Source: a bacterium (lineage in GTDB: Bacteria > Zhuqueibacterota > Zhuqueibacteria > Oceanimicrobiales > Oceanimicrobiaceae). Taken from it: a stretch of DNA of 13,249 nt. The notes below the pieces were generated by a model. The model saw only the letters and a list, made by a program, of their open reading frames with translations. It did not search any database and had not been told where the DNA came from. Below, piece by piece: positions 1 through 6,656 of this stretch (positions are counted from its first letter, which is position 1; every line of letters starts with the position of its first letter). The DNA lies in the NCBI GenBank assembly GCA_046757025.1, contig JBHHXN010000146.1:1-13249 (forward strand), given 5' to 3'. A program made the position numbers and the translations under genes.

Positions 1-58
1 ATCTCCTAACTTGCTGAATATCAGGAGATTGCTTCGTCGTTACATTCCTCGCAATGAC
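1..58. repeat. 3' half of a REP-like palindromic repeat (GAGATTGCTTCGTCG...CCTCGCAATGAC type), cut by the window start
   Basis: ATCTCCT (1-7) pairs with AGGAGAT (23-29). It is followed by TGCTTCGTCG..TCCTCGCAATGAC, ending at 58, which resembles the widespread GTCATTGCGAG...CTCGCAATGAC intergenic repeat. Confidence 0.7.
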
Positions 59-201
59 TGCAACGATAATAAGGAATCGCACTACTAGCTGGTTTGGGAG
101 GCCCGGCACAAGATGAATGAACCTATGTGAAAAGTCAAGCACAGGGGCCTTGTCGCTCTGAAAGAATCTTGTTTGTTTGGACGTAATGTGCTGTTTATTT
201 A

Positions 202-250
202 AAAGAGGTTCTTCCAGCCTGTCCCGCAAGGCGGGGAATGACATCTCTTT
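202..250. repeat. Degenerate GGAATGAC-type palindromic repeat with a nested CCTGTCCCGC-AAG-GCGGG hairpin
   Basis: AAAGAG (202-207) pairs with CTCTTT (245-250). Inner CCCGC (223-227) pairs with GCGGG (231-235). GGAATGAC at 235-242 recurs at 3043-3050. Confidence 0.5.
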
Positions 251-383
251 GTTATTATGTCAAGAAACATCACAACCGAATTGTTCACTCACTCTGATGC
301 TTGAGCATAGCTGCCGAAAGCTCCAGCACGCATCGGTCAGTTTTGTGGTGACAAGATAGATTATTTATTGAGGAGATTGAGCC

Positions 384-1490
384 ATGACAAAAATAACCCG
401 TCGTGAATTTTTGAAAATGAGCGCTAGCTCTGTGGTGGCTTTCGGAGCACCTGGTTTAATTGCGAATTGCAAAAATGAAGGCACCGGTTTAGACCCTTCG
501 GAGGTCAACGCCCGGGTAGCCATCGTTGGCGGGGAAAACCTGCAGTCCATGACCCTCGACGCTCTGGAGGCCATCGGCGGTATGACGGAAATTGTCCACG
601 AAGGCGAAACTGTCTTCATCAAGCCGAATTTCGTGACGTTTCCCTGGGCGCGCACCAACAACTGTTTCAGAACCGGTGAATGCACCAAACCGGAGATCAT
701 CATTACCGTGGCGGAAGAGTGCCTGAAAGCGGGAGCGTCAGAAGTGTGCATCGGTGATGGTTCGCATTTGTTTACCTTTGATTGGAAGTACGCCACCACC
801 TTTGACGGCGATACCAATCTCGTGCGGGAAGCGGCCCGTCTAAACTCAGCCTATCCGGGTAAAGTGACCCTGGCTTGCCTGGAAGCGGACTCGCCTGCGT
901 GGGATGAGGTACCATCTCGCACCGATCTTGAAAACATAGCCGTCTCCAGTCTGGTCACTCGAGCCGATAGAGTTATTTCCATTCCGGTAGCCAAGACCCA
1001 CTCGTGGGCGCAGTTGACGCTGGCGCTCAAAAATTTCGTGGGAGTCACTTCGCTGGAACGGTATGCTGGCTGGGTCAATGACAGCTACTGGGATCGCGGC
1101 AAAATGTTTGACCACAGCAGTCCACAAGCCATCGGGCAGATTTATCTGGATATCGTACAGGCGGTGAAACCCGATCTCGCCATCATAGATTTTTCCATCG
1201 GTCTTGAAGGGGATGGTCCCACAACCGGCCATGGCGGTCACACCGTGGACATGAAAAGCCGCCTCGGTTCCTGGCTCGTGCTCGCCAGCACCGATATCAT
1301 GGCAACCGACGCCACCGCTGCACGCATCATGAGCCACAGCGTTGCCGACATGCACCAGTTGCAGATGGGTTATGACATGGGATTGGGTGAAATTCGTGAG
1401 AATGCCATCGAGATCATCGGCGAAAAAATTGCGGATGTGCGGGTGGATTGGCAATCGGCCAAATTGAAAAACCGGCGGCCGTATCATTAA
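384..1490 (+). CDS. DUF362 domain protein with twin-arginine (Tat) signal, possibly a lipoprotein
   Basis: 368 aa, with RBS GAGGAG upstream. N-terminal TRREFLK Tat motif, hydrophobic stretch and LIANC lipobox-like Cys. DUF362-type motifs VFIKPN, IGDGS, ISIPVAKTH..LTLALKN, GLEGDGP, ASTDIMATDA. Confidence 0.85.
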   Translation: MTKITRREFLKMSASSVVAFGAPGLIANCKNEGTGLDPSEVNARVAIVGGENLQSMTLDALEAIGGMTEIVHEGETVFIKPNFVTFPWARTNNCFRTGECTKPEIIITVAEECLKAGASEVCIGDGSHLFTFDWKYATTFDGDTNLVREAARLNSAYPGKVTLACLEADSPAWDEVPSRTDLENIAVSSLVTRADRVISIPVAKTHSWAQLTLALKNFVGVTSLERYAGWVNDSYWDRGKMFDHSSPQAIGQIYLDIVQAVKPDLAIIDFSIGLEGDGPTTGHGGHTVDMKSRLGSWLVLASTDIMATDATAARIMSHSVADMHQLQMGYDMGLGEIRENAIEIIGEKIADVRVDWQSAKLKNRRPYH

Positions 1491-1546
1491 AACAGTTCAA
1501 ACTGCTGCATAAGTCAATTTGGGGCTGTTTTCCAGTTTAATTCCAA

Positions 1547-1747
1547 TTGCTCAAACTGGTACGCCAGCCGCCAACGGAAATCCAACATTTTTCACAGCGG
1601 ATCGGGGCGTTCATAAAATGGCTGAGTGCCGAGAGCCCGGCTGCGTTCCAGCGTATCTGGCCGGCCGGCCATTTTGAATACAGCGAAGCCAGCGGCCGTG
1701 AACTGCCGCAGCTGCTCGCCAGGTGGCAAAGCCAACAAAATCAGTAA
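1547..1747 (+). pseudogene. Possible C-terminal gene remnant (GAFIKWL...FQRIW...SGRELPQLLARW)
   Basis: GC-rich, coding-like patch inside AT-richer intergenic DNA, with a TTG start and no RBS. The pattern resembles the helical C-terminal tail of peptidase-MA-like proteins (impression only). Confidence 0.3.
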
Positions 1748-1839
1748 CCGCTTGCAGTCATTTGTTTTGATTTTTATCAGGACCTCATTCCAATAGATCG
1801 AAATCGAATAGCCATTTGGCAACCCTGTTCAATCTTCCA

Positions 1840-1868
1840 TTGCATTTTGATTAATTTCGCCTTACTTT
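1840..1868 (+). promoter_or_regulatory. Putative sigma70-type promoter for the PhyH gene
   Basis: TTGCAT (1840-1845), 17-nt spacer, TACTTT (1863-1868). Confidence 0.5.
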
Positions 1869-1889
1869 ATCAACTAAATTAAAATTTTC

Positions 1890-1983
1890 AGGATGCCTGA
1901 ACCAGAAAGGGTCCACTGCAATAAAAGGCAAACCAGAATCGGTTTGAATGAGCAAGACGGCCAGGCATCTTTGCTTGATTTTT
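1890..1983 (+). promoter_or_regulatory. Structured 5' leader, candidate cis-regulatory RNA
   Basis: 10-bp closing stem AGGATGCCTG (1890-1899)/CAGGCATCTT (1962-1971) encloses two hairpins that both contain AACCAGAA. An alternative hairpin AGCAAGA/TCTTTGCT is followed by a T-rich tract. Confidence 0.4.
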
Positions 1984-1996
1984 CAGGAAAGGCGAA

Positions 1997-2815
1997 ATGC
2001 AAGCATTACCCTCCCTCAATTCGGATTATGAGCTTACGCCGGAACAGATCCTGCAGTACCAGCGCGATGGACACCTACTCCTGCGTCAGGTTTGTTCTGC
2101 CGAAGAAATGGCCGAATACAGAGACGCCATTCGGACGGTGGTGGCCGATTTTGCCCGCACGCAAAACGACCTGACTGAACGCGACACCTACGGCCGGGCG
2201 TTTCTGCAATTGGTGAATGTCTGGACCCAGAACGCGCTGCTAAAAAAGTTTGTTTTTGCACAGCGATTTGCCCGACTGGCCGCACAACTTTCTTGCGCTC
2301 AGGTCGTGCGTTTGTATCACGACCAGGCGCTGTTCAAGGAAAGCGGCGGCGGCCTCACGCCCTGGCACCAGGATCAGCACTACTGGCCGCTGGATACGCG
2401 TCAGGCCATCACCATGTGGATGCCGCTGGTGGATGTGTCGCAAGAGATGGGCAGCATGGATTTTGCCAGCGGTTCGCATGCAAACGGTTATTTAGCCAAG
2501 CTGGCGATTTCCGACCAGTCGCAAACCCATTTTCAGGCGCTGGTTGAAAAGCAGGGTTTCCCAATTTTTCAATCCGGAGATATGCGCGCCGGTGACGCCA
2601 CCTTTCACAACGGCTGGACTTTACACCGCGCCGGGCCCAACCTCTCTCAGCGCGTGCGGGAAGTCATGACCGTCATCTACTATCCGGACGGCACGCGTTT
2701 GCTACAGCCGGATCATGCCAATCGGCGGGAGGATTTTGAGGCTTTTTATCCAGGCAAAAAACCCGGCGAGCTGGCAGCCAGTGAGCTGACGCCGGTTTTG
2801 CTCCGTGAGACGTGA
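1997..2815 (+). CDS. Phytanoyl-CoA dioxygenase (PhyH) family Fe(II)/2-oxoglutarate dioxygenase
   Basis: 272 aa. Motifs YQRDGHL, YHDQALFKE, TPWHQD (HxD), FHNGWTLHRAGPN (distal His) and R for 2OG binding. RBS-like AGGAAAGG upstream. Confidence 0.9.
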   Translation: MQALPSLNSDYELTPEQILQYQRDGHLLLRQVCSAEEMAEYRDAIRTVVADFARTQNDLTERDTYGRAFLQLVNVWTQNALLKKFVFAQRFARLAAQLSCAQVVRLYHDQALFKESGGGLTPWHQDQHYWPLDTRQAITMWMPLVDVSQEMGSMDFASGSHANGYLAKLAISDQSQTHFQALVEKQGFPIFQSGDMRAGDATFHNGWTLHRAGPNLSQRVREVMTVIYYPDGTRLLQPDHANRREDFEAFYPGKKPGELAASELTPVLLRET

Positions 2816-2917
2816 ACGTGAAACGCTTTTAGAAGAAGTGAACACGAAACCCGGTTTCATTAAACAAATATCGTTTATTAAATTAACTCATTGCAATTAC
2901 GCACCGTTGAGTCTAAA

Positions 2918-3068
2918 TAGTGTCCATCCGTAAAGAACCTTTTGTTGTCAATCCCGCGTTCTTTCAGCGGGAATCCATTGGTCAATTAGGCACGAGATTC
3001 CCGATGAGCTTGTCCCTGCATGTTGTAGGCAGGGAGCATTCGGGAATGACGAATTCGGATGGACACGA
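2918..3068. repeat. Nested palindromic MITE/REP-like element
   Basis: Perfect 11-bp IR GTGTCCATCCG (2920-2930)/CGGATGGACAC (3056-3066). Inside it: GTCAATCCCG (2947-2956)/CGGGAATGAC (3041-3050), CGGGAATC/GATTCCCG, and TCCCTGC (3013-3019)/GCAGGGA (3029-3035). Confidence 0.75.
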
Positions 3069-3122
3069 AATAAGATTGAACCGCAACCAAAGGTGTTAAA
3101 ATTTCGCAACTATAGTAAAATA

Positions 3123-3260
3123 AGAAATCACAAATCTCAAGTATCAAATAAATATCAAATCCCAAATTTACATTTCCAAAAGTCGGTGTCTGGGGTTTGT
3201 AATTTCGAAATTGGTCATTGGGATTTATTTATGATTTTGTTTTAAAATTTGGAATTTTTT
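3123..3260. repeat. Inverted pair of degenerate ~7-nt periodic arrays (AAATCNC-like left arm, TTGGNATTT-like right arm)
   Basis: Left arm AAATCACAAATCTCAAGTATCAAATAAATATCAAATCCCAAAT; right arm ATTGGTCATTGGGATTTATTTATGATTTTG..ATTTGGAATTT. The arms have opposite strand skew and are roughly complementary. Confidence 0.6.
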
Positions 3261-3305
3261 AAATTTTTGTTCTTGGTGCAAAAACTATAGTCTGAAAGAA
3301 ATATC

Positions 3306-4364
3306 ATGGAAAAACTCATTCGTGAGTGGGATGGCGAGTACGTCATCAGCCGTTTCGATCAGCCGACTCAAACCTGGATGTTCATCGCCATCCACTCGAC
3401 CGCGCTGGGCGTGGCCACCGGCGGCACGCGGCTCAAGTCCTACGACACTCCGAAGACTGCCCTGCGCGACGCCCTGCGGCTGGCTCAAGGCATGACCCGC
3501 AAATTCGCGGTGATCGACTTTCCCCGCGGCGGCGCTAAAGCGGTGCTGGCCGTGCCGGGCGCCTTGAGCCCATCCCAGCGGGAAGGGCTGATGTCGCGCT
3601 ATGGCAAATGGTTGGCCGACCTCAACGGCGTCTTCGAAACCGGTGCCGACCTGGGTACCGCTTCTGGCGACATGGACGTCATTGCGCGCCATTATCCGGG
3701 GGTGTTTGGCAAATCTCCGGAAAACAGCGGCGCCGGCGATCCCGGTCCGGAAACCGCTCTGGGCGTATTCCACGGCATTCAGGCCAGTTGCGCTCATTAT
3801 TTTAAGTCGGAAGATTTGTACGGCTTGCGCATTCTGGTGCAGGGGGCTGGTAGCGTGGGGCAAGCTCTCATGCGGCGGTTAATTAATGCGGGATGTGAGG
3901 TAAAATTCAGCGATGTGGATTCCCATCGCGTGGAGAAAATTCAGCAAGAGCTGAAGCTACCTTTTGTGCAACCGCAAGCGGTTCTTAGCGAGCCGTGCGA
4001 GGTATTTTCGCCCTGTGCCGTAGGTGGAATATTAAATGAAAATACTATTCCTCAATTGTCCTGCCGGGTAGTGGCCGGCTCCGCTAACAACCAGTTAGAG
4101 CGGGAGGAGGATGGGGAGCGGCTGCATCAGTGCGGTATTCTTTACGCGCCGGATTACGTCATCAACGCCGGTGGCGCCATTTTTTTGCCTGCCGTGGAAG
4201 GCTGGGGCTGGTCGGTTGAGCGCGCACGCAAACGCATCATTCAAATCGGCGAAACACTCAAGCAGATTTACCATCGGGCTGACGCGCAAACAATAAGTTC
4301 GGCGCGAGCCGCCGAGCAACTGGCCCTGGAACGGCTGCAAAAAGGACGGTCAGAGAAAGATTGA
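3306..4364 (+). CDS. Glu/Leu/Phe/Val amino acid dehydrogenase (Leu/Phe/Trp dehydrogenase branch)
   Basis: 352 aa. Motifs IAIHST, GGTR, GMTRK, GGAK (catalytic Lys), TALGVFHGI, VQGAGSVG (GxGxxG), PCAVGG, GSANNQL, YAPDYVINAGG. Confidence 0.93.
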   Translation: MEKLIREWDGEYVISRFDQPTQTWMFIAIHSTALGVATGGTRLKSYDTPKTALRDALRLAQGMTRKFAVIDFPRGGAKAVLAVPGALSPSQREGLMSRYGKWLADLNGVFETGADLGTASGDMDVIARHYPGVFGKSPENSGAGDPGPETALGVFHGIQASCAHYFKSEDLYGLRILVQGAGSVGQALMRRLINAGCEVKFSDVDSHRVEKIQQELKLPFVQPQAVLSEPCEVFSPCAVGGILNENTIPQLSCRVVAGSANNQLEREEDGERLHQCGILYAPDYVINAGGAIFLPAVEGWGWSVERARKRIIQIGETLKQIYHRADAQTISSARAAEQLALERLQKGRSEKD

Positions 4365-4375
4365 TTTTTCAATCC

Positions 4376-4487
4376 ATCACGGATTATAGGCTCTTGCAAA
4401 ATAGAGTGTTCAACCTTTAGGTTGCAGCAGGCTGAAGCCTGAACACCCCTAAGTAATCTCATTTTGCATAATTCTAATCACGGATTA
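4376..4487. mobile_element. 90-bp MITE (4387-4476) with 11-bp target-site duplication and an internal REP-like doublet
   Basis: Direct repeat ATCACGGATTA at 4376-4386 and 4477-4487 directly abuts imperfect TIRs TAGGCTCTTGCAAAAT / ATTTTGCATAATTCTA. The core is GTGTTCAACCTTTAGGTTG..CAGGCTGAAGCCTGAACAC. Confidence 0.7.
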
Positions 4488-4509
4488 GATAGAGGAGAAA
4501 TTTGAGCAC

Positions 4510-4773
4510 ATGCCGTATTTATTGGTTCGACACAAAGTGGCTGATTTTGCTAAATGGAAGAAAATTTTCGACGCGCATTCGGAAGCTCAGAGGCAGGCCG
4601 GCTTAAAAGTGGAAAAAGTGCTCCGCAGCCAGGACGATCCCAATAACGTGTTTTTGTTTTTTCAAGTTACGGACCAGGAAAAAGCCCGGGCTTTTTTGAG
4701 CTCGTCCGACGTGCCAGAAGCTCAGCGACAGTCCGGTGTGCTGGATACGCCGGATATCTATTTTCTGGAGTAG
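4510..4773 (+). CDS. Small dimeric alpha+beta barrel ('cyclase'/ABM-like) protein
   Basis: 87 aa with RBS GAGGAG. The pattern HKVADFAKWKKIFD...DDPNNV...ARAF...SGV...PDIYFLE is typical of this small family. Confidence 0.75.
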   Translation: MPYLLVRHKVADFAKWKKIFDAHSEAQRQAGLKVEKVLRSQDDPNNVFLFFQVTDQEKARAFLSSSDVPEAQRQSGVLDTPDIYFLE

Positions 4774-4898
4774 GAATTTCATTAGAACTTGAAAATTCAG
4801 AATGCATCTATTAGTGACTGAGACTAAAAATCATGCAGGCGAAGCATTTGGTAAACGTGCTTTACCTATTAATTATTTAACTTGATTTTATACAAAAA

Positions 4899-5645
4899 TT
4901 GCAATCCACCCAGGATTTAAAAATTGAAAATCCTCAAAGGCCTTTCCTCAAGATCGCCTGGATTTGCCTGGCCATTTTCTCGCTGGCTGCGGTTGTCGGT
5001 TTTGTGACTAATTTGACTGGCGCCATGGCGATGGCCATCGCTGTTCCCGTGCTGGTAGGATTGCTGTTCATGATTTTTGTTTTTTACTTAACCGGTAAAA
5101 AACAGATCAAAAGGATTCAACAAATGCTGGCTGGCGGCTGCCTGGCGCACTGGAGCTGTTCGCCTGAGGAGTGGAATCGCTTTGCGGAAAACCAGAGCGG
5201 ACGAAATCGACGAACGGTTGTTATTTTTCCATTTGGAATGGCGATTTTTTTGCTGCTGGTGAGTTTGTCTGTGCACTTTCTCACAGAAACCCATCTGGTC
5301 TGGTGGCATTTTTTCTTTTTAACTTTTTTAGGCTGGGCAACCGGCTTCCTGATCATTTTACCTGTGTACCTTCGCGACAAGTTTCGCTACCGTAAACGGT
5401 CAAAAGGCCCGGTGGAGATTTTCATCGGTCAGCACGGCGTTTATCAAGGTGGCCAGTTTTATGAGATAAAGGAAAAACTCTCGGATTTAGAGGACGTCAC
5501 ACTGATTCCCGGCGATCCGGAGATTTTGGAATTGAATGTGGCTTACGCTACCATTCCGCGCGGCGGCGATGTCATCCGAATTCCCGTACCGGAGGGGTGC
5601 CGGCAGGAAGCGCTGGAGCTTGTGAGAAAAATGCAGCCGAAATAA
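4899..5645 (+). CDS. Hypothetical membrane protein (~4 TM helices plus soluble C-terminal domain)
   Basis: 248 aa open frame with two hydrophobic hairpins separated by a HWSCSPEEW loop. TTG start without a clear RBS, so the start is uncertain. Confidence 0.7.
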   Translation: MQSTQDLKIENPQRPFLKIAWICLAIFSLAAVVGFVTNLTGAMAMAIAVPVLVGLLFMIFVFYLTGKKQIKRIQQMLAGGCLAHWSCSPEEWNRFAENQSGRNRRTVVIFPFGMAIFLLLVSLSVHFLTETHLVWWHFFFLTFLGWATGFLIILPVYLRDKFRYRKRSKGPVEIFIGQHGVYQGGQFYEIKEKLSDLEDVTLIPGDPEILELNVAYATIPRGGDVIRIPVPEGCRQEALELVRKMQPK

Positions 5646-5755
5646 ATGACATGCCTTTTGGATTAATGCTACAACACGGTATTTTTTTAACAAAGTTTCT
5701 TAGCGGACAATGATCGCCAAACATTTGCGAAGCGTCAAAACCATTAACGCAAAGG

Positions 5756-5882
5756 CGCGGAGGACGCAGAGTTTGCAGAGATTTTTTATTTCAATAACTA
5801 ACAAGCTGAGGATAATACAAAATGAATAAACGTATGTTTAATACGTTGATTATTTTTCTCTGAGCACTCTGTGGTCTCCGCG
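5756..5882. repeat. Inverted repeat with ~9-nt periodic arms (CGCAGAG-type)
   Basis: CGCGGAGGACGCAGAGTTTGCAGAGA (5756-5781) versus TCTCTGAGCACTCTGTGGTCTCCGCG (5857-5882): 20 of 26 positions are complementary. Confidence 0.65.
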
Positions 5883-6028
5883 TATCACATTTTTATTGCC
5901 GCTTTGCTGGTTGTGCTCAATTCGATTTTGAGACCTGATAAAATGATGTTCAAAACTCAGTTAACAACCACCCCTAAAAGGGGTGGCTTAATAGGGCGAC
6001 CCTGACCCTAAAAGGGTCTTTCGTTAGT

Positions 6029-6460
6029 TTATTTCCACAACTTTAGTTGCTCTATGCGTTTATCTTTTTGCAATTGCCAACGTACATACGCCTTGATCTG
6101 TTCCTCATTCAGACCTACGGTGCTCACACAATATCCCTTCGCCCAAAAATGCCGACCCCAATACCGGTGCCTCAACTCCCTGTGCAAGTCAAACATCTTT
6201 ATGGCACTCTTACCTTTCAAATATCCCACCGCTTCAGAAACAGAATACTTCGGCGGAATCGACAATACTAAATGGATATGGTCTCCTTGCACATTGCCCG
6301 CTAATATCTTAAAACCTCTCCAATCACATAACTGCCGAATTATTTCCCGTACTGATTTACCCACTTCTCCTCGCAATATTTTAAAACGATACTTCGGACA
6401 CCAGACGAAATGGTACTTGCATTCCCATACACAATGTGCTAACTTACTAAAGCGACTCAT
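6029..6460 (-). CDS. tnpA: IS200/IS605 family Y1 (HUH) transposase TnpA
   Basis: 143 aa from ATG 6460 with RBS GGAGG (the ORF-track start at 6544 is probably too far upstream). Motifs KYHFVWCPKYR, DHIH (HUH), GYLKGKS, FWAKGYCVSTVG and catalytic Y in IKAYVRWQ. Confidence 0.96.
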   Translation of the reverse strand: MSRFSKLAHCVWECKYHFVWCPKYRFKILRGEVGKSVREIIRQLCDWRGFKILAGNVQGDHIHLVLSIPPKYSVSEAVGYLKGKSAIKMFDLHRELRHRYWGRHFWAKGYCVSTVGLNEEQIKAYVRWQLQKDKRIEQLKLWK

Positions 6461-6462
6461 TG

Positions 6463-6514
6463 AATACCTCCTTTTGATGTTTAGGGTCGCCCTAAAGTAT
6501 CTTAAGGAGGTATT
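6463..6514 (-). promoter_or_regulatory. RBS-sequestering leader hairpin of tnpA
   Basis: AATACCTCCTT pairs with AAGGAGGTATT around an inner TTTAGGG-TCG-CCCTAAA. It buries the tnpA Shine-Dalgarno, as described for IS200. Confidence 0.75.
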
Positions 6515-6656
6515 ATTTCTTGTCAAGAAATTTATTTCTCGCACTTACCCGCAAAGCAAAACAAGGACCATCAGCAAAGCTGATGGTTTAAACAGATTAA
6601 TTAAAAAGTGCGTTGGTTTGAAAAAAAAAGATGTTTGATATAAACTGGAGAGTGAT

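Larger units (their letters stand above)
5964..6592 (-). mobile_element. IS200/IS605-family element, tnpA-only (IS200-like); ends approximate
   Basis: Y1 transposase flanked by subterminal hairpins ACCATCAGC-AAA-GCTGATGGT (6567-6587, left end) and CCACCCCT-AAA-AGGGGTGG (5968-5986, right end). Extra hairpin GACCCT-AAA-AGGGTC (6004-6018). No TIR, TSD or tnpB. Confidence 0.9.

Noticed and set aside
365..1487. Long - strand ORFs opposite DUF362 (also 3285-3863 and 11494-12117 opposite other genes)
   Set aside because: Antisense shadows of GC-rich real genes.
1912..1962. Cobalamin or c-di-GMP-I riboswitch identity for the PhyH leader (CCACTG, AGACGGCC, GGCAAACC)
   Set aside because: The GGGAA/GGTG-AA-TCC core and the GACGCAAA element are missing; kept only as an unknown candidate.
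2805..2850. GTGAGACGTGAACGTGAAACG short tandem at the PhyH stop
   Set aside because: Only about three degenerate units and no clear partner arm; too weak to call.
6054..6638. 194-aa + strand ORF
   Set aside because: Antisense shadow of tnpA running through the IS end hairpins; no recognisable motifs.
6618..6646. TTGAAA-17-TAAACT promoter-like match
   Set aside because: The implied start site would fall at or after the GGAGAG RBS; likely a chance match in A-rich DNA.
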